Positions 45,645 to 57,824 of a stretch of DNA of 64,000 bases are shown in pieces; the first letter of the stretch is position 1; each line of letters begins with the position of its first letter. The stretch spans positions 19,013 to 83,012 of the forward strand of contig CAMZKW010000002.1 in assembly GCA_947311625.1 (NCBI GenBank), in the 5' to 3' direction. A program made the translations under genes and the position numbers. The notes under the pieces are model-generated. The model saw only the letters and a list, made by a program, of their open reading frames with translations. It was not told the DNA's origin and did no database searches. This stretch comes from Candidatus Campbellbacteria bacterium (GTDB lineage Bacteria > Patescibacteriota > Minisyncoccia > Phycocordibacterales > GCA-2747955).

Positions 45645-47096
45645 ATGAAAAGAATAACAATATACATAAGTATGATTTTAATTATACTTTTTGGAGTTGG
45701 ATTATTTTTTATGCAAGACATAATAAATTATTTAACAAAAGAGCCAGTAAAAGTTCAAAAATCAGATTTAACAAAGGATGATTTATATTCAGAAATTATT
45801 TCTGATAATTTATCAATTCAATTAAATAAGAAAGATTTTTTAGAAGGTTTTTGATATGAGGGACCAGATGGTTTAGTGTATTTTGATATTAATGCACTTT
45901 TAAAGTTTGGTTATTCTATGGATGAAATCAAGGCAATGATTAAAAAAATCAAAAAAGAAAAGATGTACAAAAAAGATAATATAGAAATATTATCGGAGGA
46001 TGAGTTGGATGATGATATAAAATTTTCCAATGTAATTTATGATTCGTCGCCTTTATTAAAAAATAATTATACTAAAATTAAAAAATCGTTGGAAGGAAAA
46101 AAACCTAAAAAATCTATAGATTATTATAGACTTTCAGAAATATATTCATTTGAAGGGGATTACAAAAAAAGTTCTAAATATCTAGATATCGCATGTAAAA
46201 AAGATAAGAAATATTGTAAAAAAAATAAAGTAGTAGTTTCTGGTGTAGTTGTTGGTTTAGATGGAAATTCACTAAAAGATGTAAAAGTTACCCTTTTGTC
46301 TTCCAATAAATCGACTTTTGTTGATAAAAATGGTAAATATCATTTGAATTTAAGTTTAGTGAAGTTAAAAAAAGAAAGACTTTCTTTTGAAAAAGAAGGG
46401 TATTCAACTGCATTTATATCTTTTTCAAATAATTCTGATTTGCAAAAAAAGATAACTGGTCTCAATGTTGAAATGGCAAAAGAGGATAAGGGATTTCTAC
46501 TAAATCTTAAAACTGGAGAAATTAAAAATGGACAAGGGGAATACAAGAATAATAAATTTATTTTAAAAACTAATCGTTCAATCTATTATATTCCTAAAAA
46601 TTCTTTTGTAGATGAAAATAATAGAAAATATGATGGAATTGTAAAAGCTTCTTTGTTTGAATTTAATGAAAAGAATGTTCCACAAAATTTATTGCATTTG
46701 GATTCATTTTCAAATGATAAAAACTTTTTAGGGACTTCTATGAAAACCTACGGGATGCCCTATATAATTTTTACTAAAGAAAAAGGAGAAAGATTGTATA
46801 TTAGGTCTTCAAATCCAATGATTTTAGAAACCAGGATTGATTATTTGAAAGTGTTATTTGCTTCCGAACGTTTAAGTAAAGATAAAAAAGAAGAAATTAT
46901 TTCTAAATCAAATAAAAATAAATTTTATTACAATATTGATAAAATAGATAAAGAATACACCCAATTAATACCTTATTGAGTTTTAGATCAAAAAACAGGA
47001 GTTTGAGCTAATGTAGGTTTTGATGTCGTAGATCCCATTAAAGGATTGATTAGAACTCAATTTTATACAACAAAATAGACTTAAAATTAAAATTTA
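45645..47096 (+). CDS. Membrane-anchored hypothetical protein (483 aa) with a carboxypeptidase-regulatory-like beta-sandwich segment
   Basis: N-terminal TM segment. VVVSGVVVGLDGNSLKDVKVTLLSSNKSTFVDKNGKYHL resembles a CarboxypepD_reg domain. Merged across TGAs at 45852, 46977, 47004 and 47046. Confidence 0.5.
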
Positions 47097-47128
47097 AAAA
47101 GTATAAAATATAAATATTATAAATTTAA

Positions 47129-47151
47129 GGGTGGCGGCTACGCCGCCACCC
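47129..47151. terminator. GC hairpin GGGTGGCGGC-TAC-GCCGCCACCC (family 3)
   Basis: Identical to 62807-62829. Confidence 0.75.
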
Positions 47152-47167
47152 ACTAACAAAAAACAAA

Positions 47168-48625
47168 ATGCAAAAAATTAAAAATTTTTTTAGTAAGAAA
47201 ATAAATATATTCGCTCTAGTCATTATTATAGCCGCACTATCTTTTGGTGGTTATAAATACATGACCAAGGCAAATGGAGATGATTATTGTTCCTATAATA
47301 CAAGAGTGTATGATTTATTGAGAGACCAGATAGTGACATCCTGTGCTGATATTAGTTGAGATAGCTGAGAATTAGATAAATCTACTAAGAATAAACCAAT
47401 TAGCGAACAAAAAATGGTTAGAAAAGGGACGGGAACAAAAACCATTATTGATTATAGAAAAAAGAAATTAGTTTATTCAAAGACTGAAAGTAGGTATGTT
47501 GGCGATGGACAGGCTTTTAATTTTTGTTTTGAACCTGTGGATGAAAATTGTAAAGGATTACCAGGTACATTGAATAACTATGATAAGGTAGGTAGTGACA
47601 GCTATAAGATATATGAAAAACATGCTGCATGTTATAATACTTTTGGATATATTGCTTACCTAAATTCTAGAAGAATAACTATAAAAGAAACTAAAGTTAA
47701 TAAAAAGACAGATCGAAATTTAAGAAATGATTCAACCGCCAATGTTTATCGAACAAATAAAGTTTGTCAAGTAAGGCAGACAGATGATCTTTGTAAAATT
47801 AAGCCGGAGACTGAAGGTTGTAATAGATGTAAAGCCGGTCCTTGAAGTCCTGACCCATCAACAAAATGTAAAGGAATCAAATTTACTCAAGATAATGATT
47901 GTGAAAAAAGAGATGCTATAGGAGCAAAAAAATGTGAACCTAATTATTGTAAATTATACCCAACAGCTTCAGAATGTGTTGTATGTAAAGCCGGTCCTTG
48001 AAGTCCTAACCCATCAACAAAATGTAAAGGAATCAAATTTACTCAAGATAATGATTGTGAAAAAAGATTTGATGTAGAAGGAACTAAAGAATGTGGTAAT
48101 AATTTCTGTGATTATCATCCAACCGATGAATCTTGTCAAAGCGATGATACAACTATTACAGAAGATGATGATGAAACAGCTGGAGATGATTTTGTAGAGA
48201 CAGATGCTGATGCTCAGGAAGAAAGTCATGAGAGAGTGCAAATTGATGCAGGTTTGGCATGATCTAAATCAAAATCAGGACCATGATCTACTGACTTTGA
48301 TAAATTAATTTTACTAAAAAGTAAAAAAGATTATATTTATATTAAAGTAACTCCGGAAGAGGGTGTAACATGTAATTGAGGTCCAAGTGATATATTTCCG
48401 TTATATGATTCCTCAATAGATATTCTTGGGATAAAAGAATATCTTGGAATTGATACAATAAAAACTAATACATCTGAAAATTTAATTTATATAAAACCAA
48501 CAAATAATGTCGAAAATGGAAAAGTGTATAAAGATGGAATAAAAGTTAATTATTGTGCTAGTCCAAATGATAATGAAAAAACTTTAAAATTTAAGGTTGT
48601 TGATATCGTTCAACAAGAAATTTAA
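47168..48625 (+). CDS. Secreted Cys-rich protein (485 aa) with an internally duplicated 52-aa module and an acidic linker
   Basis: N-terminal TM or signal segment and about 30 Cys. The repeat CKAGP[TGA]SP(D/N)PSTKCKGIKFTQDNDCEKR occurs twice. The GP[TGA] motif recurs. I read it through in one frame to TAA 48623. Confidence 0.65.
47827..48067 (+). repeat. Two 85-bp copies (47827-47911 and 47983-48067) differing at one base, with a 156-nt period
   Basis: Direct comparison: ATGTAAAGCCGGTCCTTGAAGTCCT(G/A)ACCCATCAACAAAATGTAAAGGAATCAAATTTACTCAAGATAATGATTGTGAAAAAAGA. Confidence 0.9.
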
Positions 48626-48722
48626 GAAAAAGTTTTTAAAAAATTGATTTTTATTGAAGAAAAATAAATTATTAAAAAAAATAACCTTTGGTTATTTTTT
48701 TTAATAATTTCATCCTATTTTG

Positions 48723-48807
48723 CGGTGGAGACAGGATTTGAACCTGCGGTACAATAATGTACACATCGTTTCCAACGATGCACCTTAAACCACTCAGACA
48801 CTCCACC
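48723..48807 (-). tRNA. tRNA-Ser (anticodon GGA), long variable arm
   Basis: GGTGGAGTGTCTGAGTGGTTTAAGGTGCATCGTTGGAAACGATG...GCAGGTTCAAATCCTGTCTCCACCG folds as a cloverleaf. Confidence 0.9.
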
Positions 48808-48854
48808 AATTAAAGAATTATATATAAAATAATAAAAAAAAACAAGAAAAAAAA

Positions 48855-50417
48855 TTAATTTAAATTAATTTTTTTCTTTTTTTCAAAATAAGCTTTAATT
48901 TTTCTTTTTGCAGTATTTGTTTTTACAAAATCTAATCACTTTATATTTGGAAGTGCATCTTTTTTTGATTGTATTTCTACGATATCACCATTTTCTAATT
49001 TTGTACTCAATGATTTAAAATCATTATTTATTAAAGCTCCTGTGATTTTAAAACCTAAATCAGTATGAACCATGAAGGCAAAATCTATCGGAGTTGATTC
49101 TTCTGGTAAATCTATAACATCTCCATTTGGTGTAAAAACAAAAATTCTATGGGTAAAGAAATCTTCTCCAAGTTCTGATTCAATTCTTTTCAAATCTGTG
49201 TCTAAATCATTTTCACTCGTTTCTGCTAGTTCAGATATTCATTGATGATTATTATTTTTAGAATTATTATTGCAACAATCTTTTTTTAATTTATTATCAT
49301 CTTCTTTTGTATTTTTAAAAATATTAATTAATTTATCAAATCAATCTTTTTCTCTAGATTTATTGTTTTCAGATTCATCTTTATATCCTATATGAGAAGC
49401 GGCTCCAAGTTCTGCTTCTTCATGCATTTCTTCAGTTCTTATTTGTATTTCTATAATATTTCCATCTCCAGTAAAAACTGTTGTGTGAATAGATTTATAG
49501 CCATTTGGTTTAGGGAAGGCAATATAATCTTTAATTCTTCCAGGCATCGGTCTATAATTCTGATGTATAATACCAAGAACTTCATAGCAATTTTTTATAT
49601 CCTTAACGACTATTCTCACGGCTGCGACATCATAAACCTTATTTAAATCCCATTTTTTTCTTTTTAGTTTTTTATATAAAGAATAAACTCCTTTTATTCT
49701 GTAGGTACTTTTGAAATCTATAATATTTGATTCTCCCAGTTTTCTCTTTATGGATTTGATTACTTTCTCTAATTTATTTAAAGTTTGTTTTTTTCTAATT
49801 TTTAAAATTTCATTAGTTTTTTTATATGCTTCTGGATAGACATGGGGGAATGATAAGTCTTCTAGTTTTTTAGAAAAAGTGGTTATTCCGAGTCTGTAGG
49901 CTAGAGGTGCATAAATATCTAGAGTTTCTGTAGCAATCCTCAATCTTTTTTCAGGACTAACGTATTTTAAAGTTTCCATATTGTGAATTCTATCGGCAAA
50001 TTTAATTATTGCCACTCTAATATCTTTTGATGTGGCAATAAAAAGTTTTTTTAAAGATTCGTTATGCCTCTTCATTCCTTGATATCTAACTTTTCCAAGC
50101 TTAGTGACTCCATCAACTAAAAAAGCAATTTCATCACTAAACTTTTCTTTTAATTCTTTCTCAGTGGCCACACCATCTTCTACAGAATCATGTAATATTC
50201 CAGCAGCAATGGTGGGTGCATCCATTTTTATTTCTGCCAAGTTTTTTGCAGTAGCAACAAGGTGTATAAAGTAAGGTTCTCCTGATTTCCTTTTTTGTTC
50301 TTTATGTGCCTCCTTGGCAAAAAAATAAGCTTTTTCAATGATTTTTTTATCTTCATTTTTTAAGTAAGATGCTATGGAAAAAATAGAATCTAAATCTTTT
50401 TCATTTTTAATTAACAT
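48855..50417 (-). CDS. RelA/SpoT-homolog (p)ppGpp synthetase/hydrolase: HD domain, synthetase domain and TGS domain
   Basis: The HD domain carries HLVATA...GILHDSVED. The synthetase domain carries YRIKGVYSLYKKL...DVAAVRIVV...GYKSIHTTV...EIQIRTEEMH. The TGS-like domain carries IFVFTPNGDVIDLPEESTPIDFAF. Pieces are in one frame across TGAs; TAA at 48857-48855. Confidence 0.88.
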
Positions 50418-50529
50418 ATATTTATAATAACAAAAATATTATAAAATTAAAAATAAAAATTTAGTTGATTTTTTTATTAAAATAAAGTATAATATGCACA
50501 CTATTTTAATAGATATTAAATAAAAATAT

Positions 50530-50796
50530 ATGGCAATTACAAAATCAGCAAAAAAAAGAATAAGATCTTCTGAAAAGAAAAGAGTTTTTAATTTGAGAAA
50601 ACTTAGATCAATGAAAGAATCTATAACTTCTTTTTTAAAAGATATAAAAGAAAAAAAAGTGGAGGATGCAGAAAAAAAATTACCAACTGTTTACAAAGCA
50701 ATTGATAAAGCTGCTCAAAGAGGTGTTATTAAAAAAAATAATGCTGCTAGAAAAAAATCAAGACTTACAAAAAAAGTTGTTGATTTAAAAAAATAA
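50530..50796 (+). CDS. rpsT: Ribosomal protein S20
   Basis: MAITKSAKKRIRSSEKKRVFN... is an S20-type N-terminus. 88 aa, intact. Confidence 0.88.
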   Translation: MAITKSAKKRIRSSEKKRVFNLRKLRSMKESITSFLKDIKEKKVEDAEKKLPTVYKAIDKAAQRGVIKKNNAARKKSRLTKKVVDLKK

Positions 50797-50810
50797 TCTT
50801 TTTAAAAAGA

Positions 50811-51026
50811 TTATTTTTTTTTCAAAAATTCTGTTTTTATAAAAATTTTTGCTTTTCCTTCTCTTACTTCTACATGGTCTTCATTGTCTTCATCTACTGA
50901 AATATTTTTAAATGATTTACCTTTTTTAAAATTAAGAGCTCCTTTTCCTTTTACTTTTAAATCTCTCGTTAATTGAACAGAATCTCCGTTAAAAAGTTCT
51001 GTTCCATTTGAATCTTTTACTGTCAT
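50811..51026 (-). CDS. PhnA/YjdM C-terminal-domain-like small protein
   Basis: VKDSNGTELFNGDSVQLTRDLKVKGKGALNFKKGKSFKNI resembles the YjdM C-terminal domain. The N-terminal zinc ribbon is absent. Confidence 0.6.
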   Translation of the reverse strand: MTVKDSNGTELFNGDSVQLTRDLKVKGKGALNFKKGKSFKNISVDEDNEDHVEVREGKAKIFIKTEFLKKK

Positions 51027-51065
51027 AATAATTTAATTATATCACATTATGATATAATTTATTAT

Positions 51066-51749
51066 ATGATTGACGATTTAAGTAATAAAAAAATTTTAAT
51101 ATTTTCTGACACTCATTTAAAATGTAAATTTGATAAAAAATGATTTGATAAAATTAAGTCTTTAATTATGGAAGCTGATAAAATTATTATTAATGGTGAT
51201 TTTTGAGAAAATATATCTTGTCCTTTTGATAAATTTATTAAAACAGAATATAGGGAAAAGCTTTTTCCTTTGTTAAAAAATAAAACTATTTTAATTCACG
51301 GTAATCATGATAGTGATAAGTATATAAAAAATAATGAGGATTTAAAATTATTTAGCTTAGAAAACTATAATTATTATGAATTTAAATCTGGTGATAAAAT
51401 ATTTCATTTAAGGCATGGACATATTTTAACTAAAAATTTTAAATCTTGAAGAAATGATATTATACTTTTTTTAAAATACAGGATTAAATGATTATATTTT
51501 TTCATTAAGAAAAGAGAAGGGTATTTTAGTTGGTTTTTAAATAAAATTGGATTGAAAGTAATAAATATATTTAAAAAATTCTCTTTAAAAAATTATCATA
51601 AAAATAAAATTTTTATTTTTGGTCATATTCATTTACCAAAACATAATTTAGATGATAATTTTTTAGTTTTAGGATCTTTTAAGTCTGGAGAGGCAAGATA
51701 TATCTTTATAGATAATGGAAAAGTAGAATTTCATAATGAAAAATATTAA
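51066..51749 (+). CDS. Calcineurin-like metallophosphoesterase
   Basis: Family blocks are ILIFSDTHL, INGDF[TGA]E, IHGNHD and GHIHLP. Merged across several TGAs. TGATATAAT (51050-51058) lies 7 nt upstream of the ATG. Confidence 0.75.
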
Positions 51750-51766
51750 AAAAATCTCAAATGAGA

Positions 51767-53011
51767 TTATTTATTTTTTTCTAAAATTCTATCAATGGCA
51801 ATTTTATGAGCGGCTAACCTTCAAGGAAGTTGTCTTTCTTCAGCTAAACTCTTTACTTCAAAATAAGCCTTCAAAATTTTATCCTTTAATTTTTGATTAA
51901 CTTCTTCCAGGCTTCAATGTTCATTTTTTAAATTCTGTTCTCATTCAAAAACAGAAACAATAACCCCTCCAGCATTAGCTAAAAGGTCTGGAATTATGGA
52001 AATATTTTTTTCTAATAAAATTTCCTCAGCTCTTGGACTAACTGGTCCATTAGCTAATTCTACAATTTCCTTTGTCTTAATTCTCTCTGCATTTTCAAAA
52101 GTTATAACATCTCCCAGAGCAGCTGGAATTAAAATATCAACTTCTAATTCCAATAATTTTTCATTGGAAATTTTTTCTTCATCTTGAATTTCTGAAAGTC
52201 TTTTTTTTCTTTCTTCTCTATAAACAAAATTATAAATTTTTTCAATATCTAAACCTTCTGAATTATAAATTCCAGTTTTTGAGTCTGAAACTGCAATAAC
52301 TGTGTATCCAATATTGTGTAAAAGTAGAGCAATGGTTCCGCCAGCATTTCCAAAACCCTGAACTGCAATTTTAATTTCTTGTTTATTTTTAACCTCTTTA
52401 TATTTTTCTTGAATAATATAAAATGCCCCCATAGCAGTGGATTTATCTCTTCCTTCTGAACCACCATCTTCAATTTTCTTTCCTGTAATAAATGCAGGGT
52501 TTTTACTTTCAGTAATTTTATCATATTCATCCATCATTCAACCCATTATTTCAGGGGTGGTATTAACATCGGGAGCTGGGACATCAATTTGTGGTCCTAA
52601 ATAATTAAAGAATTCTTTAACATAGCCACGGGATATTTTTTCTAATTCTGTTTTTGAATAATCTCTTGGGTTGATTTTAACTCCACCTTTAGCACCACCA
52701 AAATTCAAATCAGCCAAAGAATTTTTTAGAGACATAATAAAGGCTAATTCTGAAACTTCTGACAAATTTACATCCTGGTGGAAACGAATTCCTCCTTTTC
52801 CTGGTCCTCGGTTTCCATTGTAAAGAACTCTAAAAGCTTCAATAATTTCAATTTTTCCATCATCTCTAATAATAGGAAAATGAGCTTCTAAAATTCTACG
52901 AGGATTTTTAAAAATTTTTAATTTTTCTTCATCAACTAAATTTGTATTGTGTAATTTTTCTAATTCACTTTTGCAAGCAGGACAAATTACTTTATCTTTT
53001 TCTGTGTACAT
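51767..53011 (-). CDS. gdh: Glutamate dehydrogenase (Glu/Leu/Phe/Val dehydrogenase family)
   Basis: Family blocks are GPGKGGIRFH, GGAKGGV, PDVNTTPEIMG[TGA]MMDEY, VQGFGNAGG, NAGGVIVSVFE[TGA]EQN and H[TGA]SLEEV. Confidence 0.92.
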
Positions 53012-53065
53012 AATTTTTATATTATATACTTTTTTTTAAAAAAAAAATAGTATAATAATATTATT

Positions 53066-53872
53066 ATGAAAAATTTAAGTATAAAAGAAATCTTTTCTGT
53101 AGCTTGAAAAGATACTAAAAAAAATTGATTATTCTTTTTAGGTTTTTTGGTAGTTTATGTGATTATAGGTATTATAGATGGTATTTTTGGATATAGAATA
53201 GATCCTGTTACAAATATAAGTTATGGATCATCAATTTTAAGTATATTAATTCAGTTAATAATGGTCTATATAAGTGTGGGGTTAATATTAGAAACTTTAA
53301 AAATTGTTGATGGTAAAAGACCTTCTGTGAAGAATATTTTTAATTGACCAAAAGATTGAAAGCATTTATTAAGATATTTTGGAGGATATATTGTATATTC
53401 TTTAATTATTATCCTACCCATTATAATTTTATTGATTACTTTATTTAGTAAATTAAATTTTACAAAAGTAATCCCCGTAATGTTTATCGTTGGTGGTATT
53501 ATTTCTATAATAATTTCTGTGTATATGGGATTTGCTTATTATCTGATGGCTGAAAACAGAAATGGAATATTTTCAAATATTTTAAAATCTTTTAAAATGG
53601 TATCTGATAATTTATGAAAAGTTGTAAAATGATATATCTCTGCTATTTTAATATTTATACTGCCTCTAATTACTATCGGTGTAATTTCAGGGGGAATAAT
53701 ATCACTAACAGGTGGTTTTGGAAGATATCCATCATATTCTGAGATAGGAGTATTTCTTGTAGGCGGATTATTAATTTTGGTTTTATTTATAATTACTATT
53801 CCATGAATTATAGTTTCATTTGGTCATTTATATAGGAATATTGATTCAGAAGTAAAAAGAGTTGATGAATAG
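53066..53872 (+). CDS. Polytopic membrane protein (DUF975-like architecture), hypothetical
   Basis: 268 aa merged across about 9 TGAs. It has multiple TM helices and no catalytic motif that I recognise. Confidence 0.4.
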
Positions 53873-53880
53873 GCTTTTTT

Positions 53881-53942
53881 TTTTTGGAATTTTTTATGGA
53901 GGTGGTGGCTTCACCACCACCTCCATAAAAAATTCCCAAAAA
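53881..53942. terminator. 62-nt long hairpin (about 29 bp, one bulge) with GC core GGAGGTGGTGG / CCACCACCTCC
   Basis: TTTTTGGAATTTTTTATGGAGGTGGTGG-CTTCA-CCACCACCTCCATAAAAAATTCCCAAAAA, between two plus-strand genes. Confidence 0.7.
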
Positions 53943-53968
53943 GAAAAAAAAATGGTATAATTCTGACT

Positions 53969-55324
53969 ATGTTAAAAGAAAGAATTTTTAGTTTTTTGGC
54001 AATTATTCTAATTCTAATGTTAGGTTGATTTTATCTAGCAAAACCAGAAATAGATGCCAGAAAGGATTCTGTGATAACACAGGACGAAAAACCTCAATTA
54101 TTTAAATTAGGTTTAGATTTAGTTGGAGGTAGTCAATTAACCTACGATGCCGACATTTCAAAATTAGCAAAAGCCGATGTTTCAGATTCTATGAATGCTC
54201 TCAAGGAAACATTATCAAAAAGATTAAATCCTTTTGGTACTTCAGAGGTTTCAATAACCATCGAGGATGAATCTTTATTTTCAGAAAATAAAAACTCCAC
54301 AAAAAGAGTAATTATACAAATTCCAGGTGAATCAAATCCCGATGAAGCAAAAAAGAAAATTGGTAAATTACCAATAATGGAGTTTAAAATGCTTAGAAAA
54401 AAAGTTGATAAGGATGGTAAAGTAGCTTCTGAATGGGAAAATACTAAATTAACTGGAGCAAATATAGAAACAGCAAATTTAGTTTTTGATAATCAGACAA
54501 GTGAACCTGTAACCCAAGTTAAATTTAACGAAGAAGGGAAAAATATTTTTGCTGATTTAACAAAAAATAATATTGGGGAAGTTATCGGAATATTTTTGGA
54601 TGGAAGACTTATTTCAGATCCAGTTATCAGGAGTTCAATTCCAGGAGGAACAACAATTATTTCTTTTGGTTCAGAATCAGAACAAAAAAAATTAGAAGAA
54701 GCTAAAGATTTAGCAAAAAATTTAAAATATGGTGCTCTTCCAGTATCATTAACCCCTGTTTCTTCTAATGTGATTTCTGCATCTTTAGGTAAGGATATTT
54801 TAGAAAAAGGTTTGGTGGCAGGTTTTTGAGGATTAATAACCGTTATGTTATTTTTGATTTTATTTTATAGAGCCTCTGGTGTTTTAGCATCTATTGCTTT
54901 AATATCATATACAATATTAACTTTATCATTATTTAAATTATTTGGATTTGTATTTACCGCAGCAGGAATTGCTGGGTTTATAATTTCCATAGGTATGGCT
55001 GTAGATGCAAATGTTCTAATTTTTGAGATGGTAAAAGATGAATTAAGAAGCGGTTCAAAAATTCTTGAAGCTGTAAAAAATGGTTTTTCAAGAGCTTGAT
55101 TATCCATTAGAGACGGGAATATCTCTTCAATTTTAACAGCAATAATTTTATTCTACATGACTACATCATTGGTCCAAGGATTTGCTTTAACTTTTGGATT
55201 TGGAGTTTTGATATCTATGTTTTCAGCTATAGTACTTACCAGAACATTTTTGTTATCAATAGTTGGTAAAAAAAATACAGACAGAAGAAAAAAAATATTA
55301 TTAGGTAATTATAAAAAATATTAA
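53969..55324 (+). CDS. secD: Protein translocase subunit SecD
   Basis: Family blocks are LGLDLVGGSQLTY, GIFLDGRLISDPVI, YGALPV and GIAGFIISIGMAVDANVLIFE. Merged across TGAs. TGGTATAAT (53953-53961) lies 7 nt upstream of the ATG. Confidence 0.9.
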
Positions 55325-55325
55325 T

Positions 55326-56297
55326 ATGAAGATTTTAGAATATAAAAGAATATTTATAACTATTTCAACTATTGTTGTTATGGCTTCAATTGCAACTATT
55401 TTATTTTTTGGATTTAATTTAGGTATTGATTTTAAAGGTGGAACTGTTTATGAAATAAAATATAACGAATCAGCACCATTGATATCTTCTATAAAGAAAT
55501 CAGTCTTTGATGCTGGCATAGGAACTTCATCAGTTCAAAAACTTGGTGAAAGTTCATTTGTTATAAAAATACCAGAATTAGGAGATAATTTAAAAAATAC
55601 TCTTGATGATAAATTATCAATGAATGGAAAATATACTTTTAATGAAATTCAATTAAAAACAATTTCACCATCTGTTTCATCAGAATTTATAAATAAATCT
55701 ATTTGAGCAATTATTCTAGTATCTATAATAATAGTATTATTTATTGCTTATGTATTCTCAGGGGTTTCTAGACCCGTTAGCTCTTATAAATATGGTTTGA
55801 TTGCTATTATTGCATTAATTCACGATACCGTTCTTCCAACAGCTGTTTTTGCTGTTTTAGGTTCTATGTTTGTCGAATTTCAAATAGATGTATTATTTGT
55901 AACGGCAATATTGGCTATTTTAGGATACTCAGTTAATGACACAATAGTTGTTTTTGATAGAATTAGAGAAAATCTTAAAAAAGCTGGAAAAAATATTAAA
56001 GGAGTAAAGTTTGAGGAAGTTGTAGAGAAGTCTTTGAAGCAAACAATTAGAAGATCAGTTTTTACATCGATAACTACTTTAATAGTAATAGGCTTCTTGT
56101 ATTTTATGGGGGGAGAAAATACAAAACCTTTTGCTCTTGTTCTAGGGGTTGGTGTTATAGCAGGAACTTACTCATCAATATTTTTAGCATCTCCACTTTT
56201 GGTTTATGTTGAAAAATTTTGAAAATCAGCTCATAAAAAAGATAGGTCAGAAATGAATGAAGAGGAATTACAAAAAGAACTAACAAGGTTAGACTAA
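55326..56297 (+). CDS. secF: Protein translocase subunit SecF
   Basis: GIDFKGGTVYE and LGYSVNDTIVVFDRIREN are present, with C-terminal TM helices. It starts 1 nt after the secD stop. Confidence 0.9.
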
Positions 56298-56373
56298 AAG
56301 ACTTTGTTTTTTAAAAAATATATTAAAGAATATAATTTATAAAGTAAATTATTTTACTATTTTTAAATAAAAA

Positions 56374-56388
56374 ACCTAACTGTTAGGT
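56374..56388. terminator. Short hairpin ACCTAA-CTG-TTAGGT between an A run and a T run (bidirectional)
   Basis: Lies between convergent secF and dprA. Confidence 0.6.
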
Positions 56389-56394
56389 GTTTTT

Positions 56395-57267
56395 TTAAAA
56401 ATTTTTATAAATTTTTCCTAAAGATTCTTTTATCAATCCTTTAATTTCTAGAATTGAAATTTCTATTCCAAAAGTTCCTACATCTAAACCGCTTTCTTCT
56501 AGAAGTTCATTTTTTGTTTTTGGTTCTCCAAGTTTTTTTAAAATAATTTTTTGATTTTCCGATAAATCATCAAAATTTAATTTTTCCTGTTTTACTTCTC
56601 CCGTTAAATTTAAAATTTCTAAGATATCTTTACCAGAAAAAATTGGAATAGCACCTTCTTTCAAAAGTTTATTTGAACCAGCAGAATATTCTGAAAAAAT
56701 TGAATTGGGAATAACTGCTAAATCTTTGTTGTAATCTAGGGCTAAACGAGCAGTAATTAAAGTTCCAGATTTTTCCTGAGCTTCCACCACTAAAACCAAA
56801 TCAGCTATTCCGGCCATGAGTCTATTTCTTTGAGGAAAGAAGTAGGGCATTGTTTTGGCTGAATTTTCAAATTCTGAAACTAAAATCCCATCGTTTTCTA
56901 AAATATTTTTAGCTAAATTAAAATTTGATTTAGGGTATAAAACTTCTGGATTTAAACCGGAACCTGGAAAAGCGATGGTTTTTAAATTATTTTCCATGGC
57001 TTTTTCATGAGCCAATGTATCAATTCCCAAAGCTAAACCGGAAATAATAACAATAGGTTGGCCTGAAATTTCTTTAAAAATTTTTTCTAATGCATTTTTT
57101 GAATAGGAGGAGTGTCTTCTGGAACCAACAACGACAATAAATTTAAAATCATTTTTATTAAAAAGTTTTCCATTAAAATTTATTTTTTTTGGTAAGTCAG
57201 GTATTTCCAAAAGTGGTTCAAAAATAGTGTTTTTAAATTCTTCTTTTTTGATTTCTTGAATTTCCAT
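56395..57267 (-). CDS. dprA: DNA processing protein DprA
   Basis: Family blocks are VVGSRRHSSY, ISGLALGIDTLAHEKA and AQEKSGTLITARLALDYNKDLAVIPN. TGATATAAT (57282-57274) lies 6 nt upstream of the ATG. Confidence 0.88.
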   Translation of the reverse strand: MEIQEIKKEEFKNTIFEPLLEIPDLPKKINFNGKLFNKNDFKFIVVVGSRRHSSYSKNALEKIFKEISGQPIVIISGLALGIDTLAHEKAMENNLKTIAFPGSGLNPEVLYPKSNFNLAKNILENDGILVSEFENSAKTMPYFFPQRNRLMAGIADLVLVVEAQEKSGTLITARLALDYNKDLAVIPNSIFSEYSAGSNKLLKEGAIPIFSGKDILEILNLTGEVKQEKLNFDDLSENQKIILKKLGEPKTKNELLEESGLDVGTFGIEISILEIKGLIKESLGKIYKNF

Positions 57268-57365
57268 AAAAAAATTATATCATAAATATGCTATAATTTT
57301 TTTATGAAAAAAGAAAATTATATTATTTGGGTTTGTTTAGAATTAAAGCTTTATAAAAAAGAATT

Positions 57366-57824
57366 ATGAGAGAAGTAGGTAAAAAATTTATGAGTTTAGC
57401 TATAAAAGAAGCTGGGAAATCAATTTATCCATTTGGTGCAGTTTTAGTTAAAGATGGAAAGATAGTTACTAAATCAGGTTCTGGTGAAAATAATGAATTT
57501 GAGCCAGCAAATCATGCTGAAATTAATGTAATACGCAAAGCATTTCAAAAAAACAAGAATAGAGATTTAAAAGGGAGTATTTTGTATACAACTTGTGAGC
57601 CTTGTCCTATGTGTTTTTCAGCTTCTTGATATGCTGATATTGACAAAATAATTTATTTATTATCTATAGAAGAATCATCTAAATTGTTTTATCCAGAGAT
57701 AAAAATTAGTATTAATGAACTTAACAAAAAAGGAGATAATAAAATTAAAATTGAAAAATGCGGAGATCCTAATTTGAAAAAAGAAATTATAAAAATATAT
57801 AAAAAAGAATTATGGAAGAAATAG
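57366..57824 (+). CDS. CMP/dCMP-type zinc deaminase family protein (TadA- or guanine-deaminase-like)
   Basis: HAEINVI and TCEPCPMCFSAS[TGA]Y are present. The start is uncertain (57366 or 57390). Confidence 0.7.

Noticed and set aside
57283-57378. A leaderless 24-codon upstream ORF (ATG 57304, ending at a TAG at 57376-57378) ahead of the deaminase gene.
   Set aside because: It is short, Lys-rich and out of frame with the deaminase, with no conservation evidence available. It is more likely that the TGCTATAAT box at 57283-57291 drives the deaminase transcript with a short leader.
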